From: a virus
Taxonomy: Duplodnaviria > Caudoviricetes
Strand: one strand, 5' to 3'
DNA: 64,000 nucleotides
IMG/VR virus record: IMGVR_UViG_3300030376_008307
Location: 1 to 64,000 of that record
Under the pieces are notes generated by a model. It was not told where the DNA came from and did no database searches. It was given only the letters and a program-made list of their open reading frames with translations. Positions 40,868 through 49,690 of the stretch are shown here, in pieces; within the stretch, counting starts at the first letter, position 1, and each line of letters begins with the position of its first letter. The position numbers were made by a program, and so were the translations under genes.

Positions 40868-41671
40868 ATGGCAACAAGAGCACTTATAGGATATTTTGAT
40901 GATGATAGAGTATTAACTACTACTTATAATCATTATGATGGTTATCCTGATCATTTAGGAAAAATACTAGACAAATATTTTAGTAATGAAGAGTTAGCTA
41001 AAAAAATAGCAGGTACTGGTTATATTTCATATATAGATGATGATGGTAATATAGAAGCTAACAATAAAAAGAATCCTGATAAAACAGAACTTGGTAGAGA
41101 TTTAGATTGGGAAGATGCGCTACTTGAAATGGCTAAAGAAATTGATAATTATGGTGCTGAATTTGCCTATATTTGGTATGAAGGAGATGGTGATTGGTCT
41201 GAAATAAAAAATACAGGAATTAGAAGTATGGTAGATCAATTAGCTAATCAATTAGCGTCTGCAGCTACAATGTATGGTCCTGTTGATGAAGATAAAAATC
41301 AAGATATGAAAAAAGAAAATATAGATTACAAACTAGATCCCTATGATGATAAAGAGGAAGTTGAAGGAATGATAATAAAGCTAGTTGTAGGTAAAAGGGG
41401 TGTATCTAAAGATATAGCTAAATCATTTATAGATACCCATTATGAAGATATTATAAAAATGGCCGATACTGATGATATACTTGATGAATTTGATGAATTC
41501 TTTTCAGTTAATTATGAGACAGGAGCTGATTATATGGATGAAACACTTTTCACTGCAAATGAAATGGGTGATAAAGCTGTTGAAGATGAGTCAGCATCAG
41601 GGGCATTTGAAGAAGCAATAAATTGGAGAGGTGAAACTCTTAAAGAACAATTTAAAAGATTATCAAAATAA
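40868..41671 (+). CDS. Conserved phage hypothetical protein
   Basis: MATRALIG...YNHYDGYP..LG..L motif; acidic C-terminus. Confidence 0.55.
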   Translation: MATRALIGYFDDDRVLTTTYNHYDGYPDHLGKILDKYFSNEELAKKIAGTGYISYIDDDGNIEANNKKNPDKTELGRDLDWEDALLEMAKEIDNYGAEFAYIWYEGDGDWSEIKNTGIRSMVDQLANQLASAATMYGPVDEDKNQDMKKENIDYKLDPYDDKEEVEGMIIKLVVGKRGVSKDIAKSFIDTHYEDIIKMADTDDILDEFDEFFSVNYETGADYMDETLFTANEMGDKAVEDESASGAFEEAINWRGETLKEQFKRLSK

Positions 41672-41678
41672 AAATAAT

Positions 41679-41859
41679 TATGAACCACGCATTGTTCATA
41701 GATGCGTGAGTTTCTCAACTTAGTGTGGCTATGCGAATTTAAATTCGTATATTGCATAAATACATTTTGGAAAAAATGTTAAAGGATGCCACACGAAAAG
41801 TGGCATTCGCTACGTTTTTCCAAAAAGTATAAAAGTATATATGGGACGGTCCCATATAT
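41679..41859 (+). ncRNA. Candidate structured RNA / regulatory leader
   Basis: Several stems in a gene-free interval, including a ~70-nt hairpin at 41760-41830 right after a promoter at 41724-41753. Confidence 0.4.
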
Positions 41860-41885
41860 TTATTTGTTTAATTAAAATCAAAAAA

Positions 41886-42296
41886 ATGAAAAAAATGATT
41901 TTGAGTTTAACTTTAGGGCTAGGTTTAGCTTTTGGAGTGAACGCACAGGAGAAAGGTGACTTTTACGTAGGTACAGGTGACATTTCTGGACAAGCATGGA
42001 CTGAGTGGTCCGTAAACCCAACAGTTGGATATGGTGTAACTGATAACCTTATGGTAGGTTTGAACATTTCACAAGCTGATTCAACTGCTGATCAAGTTAT
42101 TGACGTACATGCAAGATACTTCTTTAATGGATATTTTGCTTACGCATCAGCACCTAACTTAGACACTGATATGTTAAGTTTAGGTCTTGGTAGAATGTTT
42201 ACGATTCACAAAGGAATTTTTGTAGATCCTAAAGTTGTTTACAACACAGGTGAGAAAACGACTAACTTAATGTTAGGAGTAGGTCTTAAATTTTAA
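41886..42296 (+). CDS. Small outer-membrane beta-barrel protein
   Basis: Signal peptide MKKMILSL...VNAQ; amphipathic strands; C-terminal GVGLKF. Confidence 0.75.
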   Translation: MKKMILSLTLGLGLAFGVNAQEKGDFYVGTGDISGQAWTEWSVNPTVGYGVTDNLMVGLNISQADSTADQVIDVHARYFFNGYFAYASAPNLDTDMLSLGLGRMFTIHKGIFVDPKVVYNTGEKTTNLMLGVGLKF

Positions 42297-42323
42297 ACTA
42301 ATTATTAACCAAAAACTAAAAAA

Positions 42324-42554
42324 ATGGAAAAGGTATTTTCGTATTTAAATGGATTTTTAGGTGGATTAGGGTCATTATTCTTGGCTTTAGTTCCTGTAAC
42401 AATCCTATGGTTCATCTTAACAGGTGGATCGGTTTTCGGGATGGATGTAGTAGCTAATATTACTGCTCTTGTAAGTGCACTAGGTAATGGTGGATTTGTA
42501 GGATTAGTAGTACTAGTAATTCTTGCATCTTTTTTCGTAGGAAACAAAAAATAA
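42324..42554 (+). CDS. Small hydrophobic membrane protein
   Basis: 76 aa, almost entirely hydrophobic. Confidence 0.65.
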   Translation: MEKVFSYLNGFLGGLGSLFLALVPVTILWFILTGGSVFGMDVVANITALVSALGNGGFVGLVVLVILASFFVGNKK

Positions 42555-42575
42555 GTTTAAAATAACATATTTTGG

Positions 42576-42606
42576 GAAAGGGCGCTATTAAGCGCCTTTT
42601 CTTTTT
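42576..42606 (+). terminator. Intrinsic terminator
   Basis: GAAAGGGCGCT-atta-AGCGCCTTTTC followed by a T run. Confidence 0.85.
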
Positions 42607-42617
42607 CTATGGAAGTA

Positions 42618-42659
42618 TTTGGCTACCTGAAATATCTTTCGTATATTTACCCTGTAAAT
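42618..42659 (+). promoter_or_regulatory. Early/middle promoter cassette copy 2
   Basis: TTTGG-N17-CGTATATTTACCCTGTAAAT. Confidence 0.8.
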
Positions 42660-42679
42660 AATGATAAAAAATAAAGGTT

Positions 42680-42898
42680 ATGATAAGAGATAAGGAAAAA
42701 CAAACAGGCCCAGTTGTTATTGATTTAACAGGTCCAGATGGTAATGCATTTGCATTAATGGGTTATGCAAAAAGATTTGCAAAGCAATTAAATTTAGATA
42801 GTAATAAAATCATTAGTGATATGACATCAGGGGATTATGAGAATTTAATCCAAGTATTTGATGATAATTTTGGTGATTTTGTAATTTTAGAAAGATAA
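42680..42898 (+). CDS. Conserved small phage protein
   Basis: IDLTGPDGNAFALMG...MTSGDYENL. Confidence 0.65.
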   Translation: MIRDKEKQTGPVVIDLTGPDGNAFALMGYAKRFAKQLNLDSNKIISDMTSGDYENLIQVFDDNFGDFVILER

Positions 42899-42902
42899 AT
42901 AT

Positions 42903-44177
42903 ATGAAAGAATTAAAAGAATTTGTAGAACAAATGAGGGATACCTCAAGTAGTTTAGAAAAAGTAGAAATACTAAAACAACAATCAGAATTCATTAAAAA
43001 AGTACTTGAATACACTTATAACCCTTACAAACAGTATTACGTTACTAGTAAAACATGTAAGAAAAACAGTGGACTATTTAAGTACAACACACATGAAACT
43101 ATTTTTAGTTTGTTAGATGATTTAACTAATAGAAAATATACAGGTCATGATGCTATAGCACAAATAAATGGTTTTATTACTGCTAATTCAGGTTATGAAG
43201 ATTTAATTTATAATATAATTGATAAAGATCTTAAAACTAGAACAGGTGCTAAAGTAATTAATAAAGCATTCCCAAATTTAATTCCAGAATTTAATGTAGC
43301 ACTTGCAAAAACATTTGAAGAAAAAGATGTTGATTTAAATGCTGCAGAATGGTATGCAAGTAGAAAATTAGATGGTGTACGTTGTTTAGCTGTTGTAGAT
43401 GAAATGGGTAAATGTACATTATATAGTAGAATGGGTAAAGAATTAACTACATTAAATAAAATTAAATATGCGATTGAAGCTACAGGTATTATTAATTATG
43501 TATTTGATGGTGAAATTTGTTTATTAGATAAAGATGGTAATGAAGATTTTCAAGGTGTAATGAAAGAACTTAGACGTAAAGATCATCAAATTGAAAATCC
43601 TACATTTATGATATTTGATATGATTCATAAAACTGATTTTGATAAGGGTAAATCAACAGATATACTATCAGAAAGATTGCATACATTAAGAACATGGTTA
43701 GGCCCTAGATATAAAACTAAAGAAACGCTATGTTATCTAGATCAAGCAATTATTACAGATTATAGGCATTTTGATATGTGGAATCAAATGGCAAGTGATA
43801 ATAATTGGGAAGGATTTATGTTACGTAAAGATACATTTTATGAGGGTAAACGTAGTAAAAATTTACTTAAAGTAAAATCATTTTATGATGCTGAGTATGA
43901 AGTATTAGGTTGGGATATTGACACACATGAAGTAGTTAGAGATGGTAAGTCAGAGTCAATGACTATGTTATCACAAGTATGGATTGAGCATAAAGGTTAT
44001 ATAGTAAAGGTTGGTAGTGGATTTACCCAAGAACAACGTTTACAATATATGGATGGATCTATCCTTGGAAAAACAATAACAGTTCAATATTTTGAAGAAA
44101 CTAAAAATGATAAAGGTGGTATTTCTTTAAGATTTCCAACTGTAAAAATAATTCATGGTGAAAAAAGAGAATTATAA
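42903..44177 (+). CDS. ATP-dependent DNA ligase
   Basis: KLDGVR, FDGEI, EGFMLR, LLKVK, VGSGF, SLRFP. Confidence 0.95.
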   Translation: MKELKEFVEQMRDTSSSLEKVEILKQQSEFIKKVLEYTYNPYKQYYVTSKTCKKNSGLFKYNTHETIFSLLDDLTNRKYTGHDAIAQINGFITANSGYEDLIYNIIDKDLKTRTGAKVINKAFPNLIPEFNVALAKTFEEKDVDLNAAEWYASRKLDGVRCLAVVDEMGKCTLYSRMGKELTTLNKIKYAIEATGIINYVFDGEICLLDKDGNEDFQGVMKELRRKDHQIENPTFMIFDMIHKTDFDKGKSTDILSERLHTLRTWLGPRYKTKETLCYLDQAIITDYRHFDMWNQMASDNNWEGFMLRKDTFYEGKRSKNLLKVKSFYDAEYEVLGWDIDTHEVVRDGKSESMTMLSQVWIEHKGYIVKVGSGFTQEQRLQYMDGSILGKTITVQYFEETKNDKGGISLRFPTVKIIHGEKREL

Positions 44178-44655
44178 CAAAATAAATAAGGTAATAGATT
44201 ATATTAAAAATGTATTAGAAGTACCTAGAACTGAGTATAATGGTATGTCTGCTTGTCCTTTTGCTAAAAAGGAACGTGAAAACGATAATCTTTATATAGA
44301 TGTTATAGATGAAAATAATGGATTTTTCAATTTAATGGATAAATTTTTAAAATCAGATAAAGATAATGCTATTTTTATTAATGAAATTGATATGGATAAT
44401 ACAGATACAAGACGTTATCAAGTTTTTTTAAATAAAGAATTGAAGAAAAAATCAATTACAACACATAAAGTATTATGTATAAATCCAAAAGATGAACTAT
44501 CAGTTAAGGGGTTTAATGTAAGATCAAAATCACCTTATTTTTTAATTTTAGTAAACAACCAAAAAGAAATAAATCAAGCCCATAATAAATTATTAAAAAC
44601 AAATTATTTTGATAAAATGGATGATAATTATAAACATTATTTAGGAATAAAATGA
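44155..44655 (+). CDS. Hypothetical protein (CPFA motif, DUF1415-like)
   Basis: ACPFAKKE...RSKSPYF. Confidence 0.4.
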   Translation: MVKKENYNKINKVIDYIKNVLEVPRTEYNGMSACPFAKKERENDNLYIDVIDENNGFFNLMDKFLKSDKDNAIFINEIDMDNTDTRRYQVFLNKELKKKSITTHKVLCINPKDELSVKGFNVRSKSPYFLILVNNQKEINQAHNKLLKTNYFDKMDDNYKHYLGIK

Positions 44656-45098
44656 GAATACCTAAAAAACCAAGTGGTAGAAGAGCATTACCTTTTTATT
44701 GGTGGAGACGATTTAGAACACATAAAAATCTTCCATATAAAGCATCTTTAATTGATAAAATTAGAAATGGTGATTTTGAATGTTCTCCTTTTTTTGAACA
44801 AGCTAAATGGGAATTACACTGGATGAAAGAAGAACAAGAAGAATTTATTAAAAATTATCATGGTAAAGATTATGAACATGATAACCTATATACAGACATT
44901 GAAATTAAAGCAAGAAAACGCTATAATAAATTGTATGAAGATGGGATGAAAGATGAATTTGATAGAATGGAAAGATTAGTAAATGGTCTAAGTAAATATT
45001 TTAAAATTAAAAAAGACGATATTAAAGATATAATGGAAGAATTTGATGGTACTACTGAAGAACTTTTTCTTTTTATGCGAAAAAATTTGGTTTCCTGA
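44652..45098 (+). CDS. Hypothetical protein
   Basis: 148-aa ORF coupled to the previous gene. Confidence 0.55.
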   Translation: MRIPKKPSGRRALPFYWWRRFRTHKNLPYKASLIDKIRNGDFECSPFFEQAKWELHWMKEEQEEFIKNYHGKDYEHDNLYTDIEIKARKRYNKLYEDGMKDEFDRMERLVNGLSKYFKIKKDDIKDIMEEFDGTTEELFLFMRKNLVS

Positions 45099-45127
45099 GA
45101 TATCTTTCGTATATTTACCCTGTAAAT
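45086..45127 (+). promoter_or_regulatory. Early/middle promoter cassette copy 3
   Basis: TTTGG-N17-CGTATATTTACCCTGTAAAT. Confidence 0.8.
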
Positions 45128-45152
45128 GAGGTTAAAAACAAATAAAAGTTAT

Positions 45153-45416
45153 ATGAATATTAAAGAAAAATTGCAAAAAGGTAATGTTGAGTTTTATATT
45201 AAAGGTATTGTTACTTATCGTAGAGGTGATGATGGTGAATATGGAGATCATCCAAAAGTATTTGAGGTAAGTAAAGATGCAGGTGCAATTAATTCTGAAT
45301 ATAGAGGAATGAATGTTACCAAATGGGGTCCTACCTGTGTTACATTATATACTTATGATATGTTAGGTAAGAGAGCAATAGGTAAAATTAGATATAAAGA
45401 TATAATATTAAAATAA
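45153..45416 (+). CDS. Hypothetical protein
   Basis: ORF after the promoter; start chosen at AAAAGTTATATG. Confidence 0.55.
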   Translation: MNIKEKLQKGNVEFYIKGIVTYRRGDDGEYGDHPKVFEVSKDAGAINSEYRGMNVTKWGPTCVTLYTYDMLGKRAIGKIRYKDIILK

Positions 45417-45421
45417 AAGTT

Positions 45422-45745
45422 ATGAGTAAATTTGTAAATAATAGTGGTAAAGGATTTGGGATGACATTTAATAATGGATTCACAATATCAGTTCAATGGG
45501 GTAAAGGAAACTACAGTTCAAATAGAGATTTAGTTGAGGATGATACAATTAAAAATTTAGAGGCTGTAAGTGCTGAAATAGCAGTTATAGATGCTGAAGG
45601 TAAATTCTTAGGAATTAATAAGGATGAAATGGAAGCTGTAATAGGTTGGGTTAGTCCTGATGATGTAGCAGCAGCTATCTTTATAGTTGCAACAGCAACA
45701 ACAAGTGAAGGTATAAAACAAAGTTTTAGAAAATTAAATTATTAA
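45422..45745 (+). CDS. Hypothetical protein
   Basis: GFGMTFNNGFTISVQWG.GNY motif. Confidence 0.55.
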   Translation: MSKFVNNSGKGFGMTFNNGFTISVQWGKGNYSSNRDLVEDDTIKNLEAVSAEIAVIDAEGKFLGINKDEMEAVIGWVSPDDVAAAIFIVATATTSEGIKQSFRKLNY

Positions 45746-45748
45746 TAA

Positions 45749-46645
45749 ATGAATTTAGGTTACGCGTGTATTAACACAGCATTAAAATCAGGTGGTATTT
45801 TTACAAATAGAACTATGCGTAGAAAAACATTTGAATCAAAAGGTTTAGATTATGTATCTGAATTAGCACTCCAAAATGTTAAAGATTTAGAAACACACAT
45901 CCATTGGAATAACGAACATGGTATTAAATTATTTAGATTATCATCTCAAATATTTCCTTGGATGGAAGAATATGAATGGTCAGATCTAAAGGATTGGGAT
46001 GAAATTTCAAGTAGAATGTTAGATATAGGTAAATTAGCTACAGAATCAGGTCAGCGTCTTACTATGCATCCTGGTCCTTTCCATTGTTTAGCATCACCAA
46101 CTCCTAAGGTTGTAGAAAGAACAATTAAAGGACTTGATAAACATGCTGAACAATTTGATATGATGGGTTTTGAACCTAGCAATTATAATAAAATTAATAT
46201 TCATGTAGGTGGTGCTTATGGTGATAAAAAAGCAGCATTAAAAAGATTTTGTGAAAATTTTAAATTATTAGGTGATAGTACTAAAAAACGACTTGTAATT
46301 GAAAATGATGATTCTCCTAATGAATTTTCAGTAAAAGATTTATTTGATGGTATTTATCAAGTAATTGGCATTCCAATTACATTTGATTATTTTCATCATA
46401 AATTTAATACTGGAGGTATGACTGAAGAAGAAGCATTAAAAATGGCTGCAATCACATGGCCCAAAGGAATTACACAATGTTGTCATTACTCAGAAAGTCG
46501 TAGAAAAGAAAAATTAGATGAGTCAATACGTCCTCAAGCTCACTCTGATATTATTTATGAAAAAATACAAACATATGGTCTTGAACCAGATATTGTAATT
46601 GAGGCAAAATTAAAAGAACAAGCAATTTTTAAAAGAGTAATATAA
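45749..46645 (+). CDS. uvsE: UV-damage endonuclease
   Basis: LGYACIN, LFRLSS, HPGPF, INIHVGG, ENDD, FDYFHH, HSD, EAK.KE. Confidence 0.92.
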   Translation: MNLGYACINTALKSGGIFTNRTMRRKTFESKGLDYVSELALQNVKDLETHIHWNNEHGIKLFRLSSQIFPWMEEYEWSDLKDWDEISSRMLDIGKLATESGQRLTMHPGPFHCLASPTPKVVERTIKGLDKHAEQFDMMGFEPSNYNKINIHVGGAYGDKKAALKRFCENFKLLGDSTKKRLVIENDDSPNEFSVKDLFDGIYQVIGIPITFDYFHHKFNTGGMTEEEALKMAAITWPKGITQCCHYSESRRKEKLDESIRPQAHSDIIYEKIQTYGLEPDIVIEAKLKEQAIFKRVI

Positions 46646-46842
46646 TGGCAAAATTAACAAGAAACGTAAATTATTGTAATTACAGATGGGAAGAATATGT
46701 GTTAACAGAAGAAGAATTAGCACTGTGGAAAACGGGTGATGAAGATGCCCGAGAAGAAATTATAGACAACGCAGATTGGGATTTAGTAAGAGACAAACCA
46801 ATTGATGATTATGGTGATGTAGAATTTGTAGAAGAAGACTAA
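46645..46842 (+). CDS. Small acidic hypothetical protein
   Basis: 65-aa ORF. Confidence 0.5.
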   Translation: MAKLTRNVNYCNYRWEEYVLTEEELALWKTGDEDAREEIIDNADWDLVRDKPIDDYGDVEFVEED

Positions 46843-46843
46843 T

Positions 46844-46987
46844 ATGATAGAATTTATTAAACACGCACTTGGACTTTGTGGTGAACATTGGCATCCAAAT
46901 ATTTGGACTCTCCTTTTAGGTGGGTTTGGATTACAACAATCATTTTCATACATTAAATATAAAGTAAAAAATTATGGTAAAAACTAG
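46844..46987 (+). CDS. Small hypothetical protein (47 aa; not in ORF track)
   Basis: MIEFIKHALGLCGEHWHPNIWTLL...; fills the gap and overlaps the next start. Confidence 0.5.
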   Translation: MIEFIKHALGLCGEHWHPNIWTLLLGGFGLQQSFSYIKYKVKNYGKN

Positions 46988-47765
46988 TCACGAACTTCCT
47001 ATAAGTATGCTTTCTAGAAGTTATGATATTAATGATTATGAATATTGTCTTCCCCATTTATTAGACCAAAATGAAGTTTATAAAAATCATTTTTACAAAG
47101 CTAAAGAAGATGGTAGATATATTATAATGGATAATTCACTTCATGAATTAGGTAAAGCATATGATTCTGATAGATTAATGTATTGGATTAATGAGTTAGA
47201 ACCAAATGAATTTGTTGTACCTGATGTTTGGCAAGATAAAACAGCAACATTAGTTAATGCTAAAAAATGGAAGTCTATAAAACTACCAAAAGTTGTAACT
47301 AAAGTAGCAGTAGTTCAAGCTCAAAATTATGAAGAAGCATTTGAATGTTATAATATACTAAAAATACAAGGTTATAAAAAAATAGCATTTAGTTATGGAG
47401 CTGAATGGTATGCTGAAGTATTTCCTCATCCTAATCCCTTAGTTGGAAAAATGATGGGCCGTATAATGATGATATCAAAAATGTATAAATCAGGATTAAT
47501 TGAAAAATCAGATAGAGTTCATTTATTAGGATGTGCATTACCACAAGAATTTGCTTATTATAAAGATTTTCCTTTTATTGAATCAATAGATACATCAAAT
47601 CCTATCATTCATGGATTAGAAGGAGTAAAATATAGTACAAATGGGTTATTTACTAAATCATCAACTAAAATTGATACTATTGGTTTAACACCTATGACCC
47701 AGGAAACATTATATAATATTAACCACAATTTAACACAATTTAAAAAGTTTAAAGAATGCAATTAA
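46974..47765 (+). CDS. TGT-fold protein, DpdA-like 7-deazaguanine DNA transglycosylase candidate
   Basis: IIMDNSLHELG, VPDV, VVQ, HLLG and SIDTS motifs of the TGT/DpdA fold; immediately upstream of queC. Confidence 0.65.
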   Translation: MVKTSHELPISMLSRSYDINDYEYCLPHLLDQNEVYKNHFYKAKEDGRYIIMDNSLHELGKAYDSDRLMYWINELEPNEFVVPDVWQDKTATLVNAKKWKSIKLPKVVTKVAVVQAQNYEEAFECYNILKIQGYKKIAFSYGAEWYAEVFPHPNPLVGKMMGRIMMISKMYKSGLIEKSDRVHLLGCALPQEFAYYKDFPFIESIDTSNPIIHGLEGVKYSTNGLFTKSSTKIDTIGLTPMTQETLYNINHNLTQFKKFKECN

Positions 47766-48565
47766 AATTAGATTTACAAAAACAAGCAGTATTGTCTCTA
47801 TCAGGTGGAATGGATTCAAGTACAGTATTATTACATTTATTAGCTAATGATTATGAAGTTACAGCAGTTGCTTTTGACTATGGTCAAAAACATAAAGTAG
47901 AATTAGAACGAGCTCAAGAATTAGTAGATTATATCAATTCTAGTGATGCTTATCAAGGACATAATGTAAATTTTAGAGTAATTAAGTTAGATGGTTTAGT
48001 AGATTTATTAAATTCAAACTTAGTTCAAGGTGGAGAAGATGTTCCAGAAGGACATTATGAAGAAGAAAACATGAAAGAAACAGTTGTTCCTAATAGAAAT
48101 AAAATGTTTTCATCTATCATTCAAGCTGTAGCATTATCTATTGCTAATGAAAAGGATTGTCCTGTAGAAATTGCTATGGGTATTCATGCTGGTGATCATG
48201 CAATTTATCCTGATTGTAGACAAGAATTTAGAGATGCTGATTATGAAGCATTTAAACAAGGTAATTGGGATGCAGATAAAGTAACATATTATACACCTTA
48301 TTTAAAAGGTGATAAATTTGATATTTTAAAAGATGGTGAGGTATGTTGTAAAAAATTAGGTATTGATTTTGATGAGGTATATAAAAGAACTAATACATCA
48401 TATAAACCAACAGCTGAAGGATTATCTGATTATAAATCAGCATCATCAGTAGAAAGAATTGAAGCATTTCTTAAATTAAAAAGAAAAGATCCAGTTGAAT
48501 ATGTAGATGGATGGGAAGTAGCTAAAAATCATGTAGAACAATTATTAGCTGAACATTCAGCTTAA
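47756..48565 (+). CDS. queC: 7-cyano-7-deazaguanine synthase
   Basis: SGGMDSS, FDYGQKH, VPNRN, HAGDHAIYPDCR. Confidence 0.92.
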   Translation: MQLKLDLQKQAVLSLSGGMDSSTVLLHLLANDYEVTAVAFDYGQKHKVELERAQELVDYINSSDAYQGHNVNFRVIKLDGLVDLLNSNLVQGGEDVPEGHYEEENMKETVVPNRNKMFSSIIQAVALSIANEKDCPVEIAMGIHAGDHAIYPDCRQEFRDADYEAFKQGNWDADKVTYYTPYLKGDKFDILKDGEVCCKKLGIDFDEVYKRTNTSYKPTAEGLSDYKSASSVERIEAFLKLKRKDPVEYVDGWEVAKNHVEQLLAEHSA

Positions 48566-48570
48566 TTAAA

Positions 48571-48642
48571 TGTCCTTTGGTGTAACTGGCAGCACGTCTG
48601 GTTTTGGTCCAGGAGATTGAGGTTCGAACCCTCGAGGGACAA
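48571..48642 (+). tRNA. tRNA-Gln (anticodon TTG)
   Basis: Acceptor TGTCCTT/AGGGACA; anticodon arm TCTGG-TTTTGGT-CCAGG; T-loop GTTCGAAC; no encoded CCA. Confidence 0.9.
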
Positions 48643-48656
48643 CTAAAAATAAAAAT

Positions 48657-48884
48657 ATGAAAAATCACAAAGGAGAAGATTACCTAACTAAATCAAGTTG
48701 GGAGTACAAAGACACTAAAGTAAAAATAGACAAATTACCTGACCCAAAACTACACCAACAGATTAGTTTTATTAAATCAGGGATTAGAATATTAGGTTAT
48801 GCTGCTCTTCCTTTTAGTTTGTTTTGGGCAGTTACTTTTCTTATCTTAAGTGAAATAATAGGTATAATAGAAGAATTAGTATAA
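48657..48884 (+). CDS. Small membrane protein
   Basis: HQQISFIKSGIRILG...AEIIG-type hydrophobic C-terminus. Confidence 0.55.
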   Translation: MKNHKGEDYLTKSSWEYKDTKVKIDKLPDPKLHQQISFIKSGIRILGYAALPFSLFWAVTFLILSEIIGIIEELV

Positions 48885-48899
48885 ATTAAAATTAAAATT

Positions 48900-49157
48900 A
48901 TGAATAAAGGAATTATATTTTTTAATGCACCTTGGTGTGAACCTTGTAAAGTATTAAAACCAGTAATGGATCAAATAGCACGTGAAGGAGTACATGTAAA
49001 AAGTGTAAATGTTGATTATGATGCAGAAATGAAAGAACATTATAACCCCCAAAGTGTCCCTACTTTAATAATAACAGATATGGGAGGTAATGAAATTAAA
49101 AGAACTGTAGCTGGTGGGTGGACTAAAGAACAAGTATTAAATTGGTTTAATAATTAA
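48900..49157 (+). CDS. Thioredoxin
   Basis: APWCEPCK and SVPT motifs. Confidence 0.88.
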   Translation: MNKGIIFFNAPWCEPCKVLKPVMDQIAREGVHVKSVNVDYDAEMKEHYNPQSVPTLIITDMGGNEIKRTVAGGWTKEQVLNWFNN

Positions 49158-49159
49158 AT

Positions 49160-49648
49160 ATGTTTACAAGTACAAAGGTTTTTGATGGTTTTAGTACTGT
49201 ATTTCGTCAATGGAAAGCAGTAGATACACATTGTAGATTTTTACATGGGTATGGAGTTTCATTCAAAGTATGGTTTGAAGGTGAACTAGATCATAGAAAT
49301 TGGGTTTGGGACTTTGGTGGTATGAAAAGAGCTAAAACTAAAATTGATGGTAAATCTCCTAAAGAATGGATGGATTATATGTTTGATCATACAGTAATAA
49401 TTGCTGAAGATGATCCTTTATTACCTGAATTTGAAATGTTGAATAATCTCCCTAAATTTGGTGATATTCAAAATAAAGGAGTATTACAATTAAGAGTAAT
49501 TCCAGCTACTGGTGCAGAAAAATTTGCTGAGTATATTTATAATAAGCTTAATAATTTTGTAAAAACTGAAACTAATAACAGAGTTAAAGTAAAACAAGTA
49601 GAGTTTAGAGAACACGGCAAAAATTCAGCAATTTACTCAGAAAAATAA
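49160..49648 (+). CDS. queD: 6-carboxy-tetrahydropterin synthase
   Basis: HCRFLHG, DFG, FDH, AEKFA, FREH..NSA. Confidence 0.88.
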   Translation: MFTSTKVFDGFSTVFRQWKAVDTHCRFLHGYGVSFKVWFEGELDHRNWVWDFGGMKRAKTKIDGKSPKEWMDYMFDHTVIIAEDDPLLPEFEMLNNLPKFGDIQNKGVLQLRVIPATGAEKFAEYIYNKLNNFVKTETNNRVKVKQVEFREHGKNSAIYSEK

Positions 49649-49690
49649 GTTATTAATAGTGAATGAAAAACCACTTTAAAAAATTAACAC

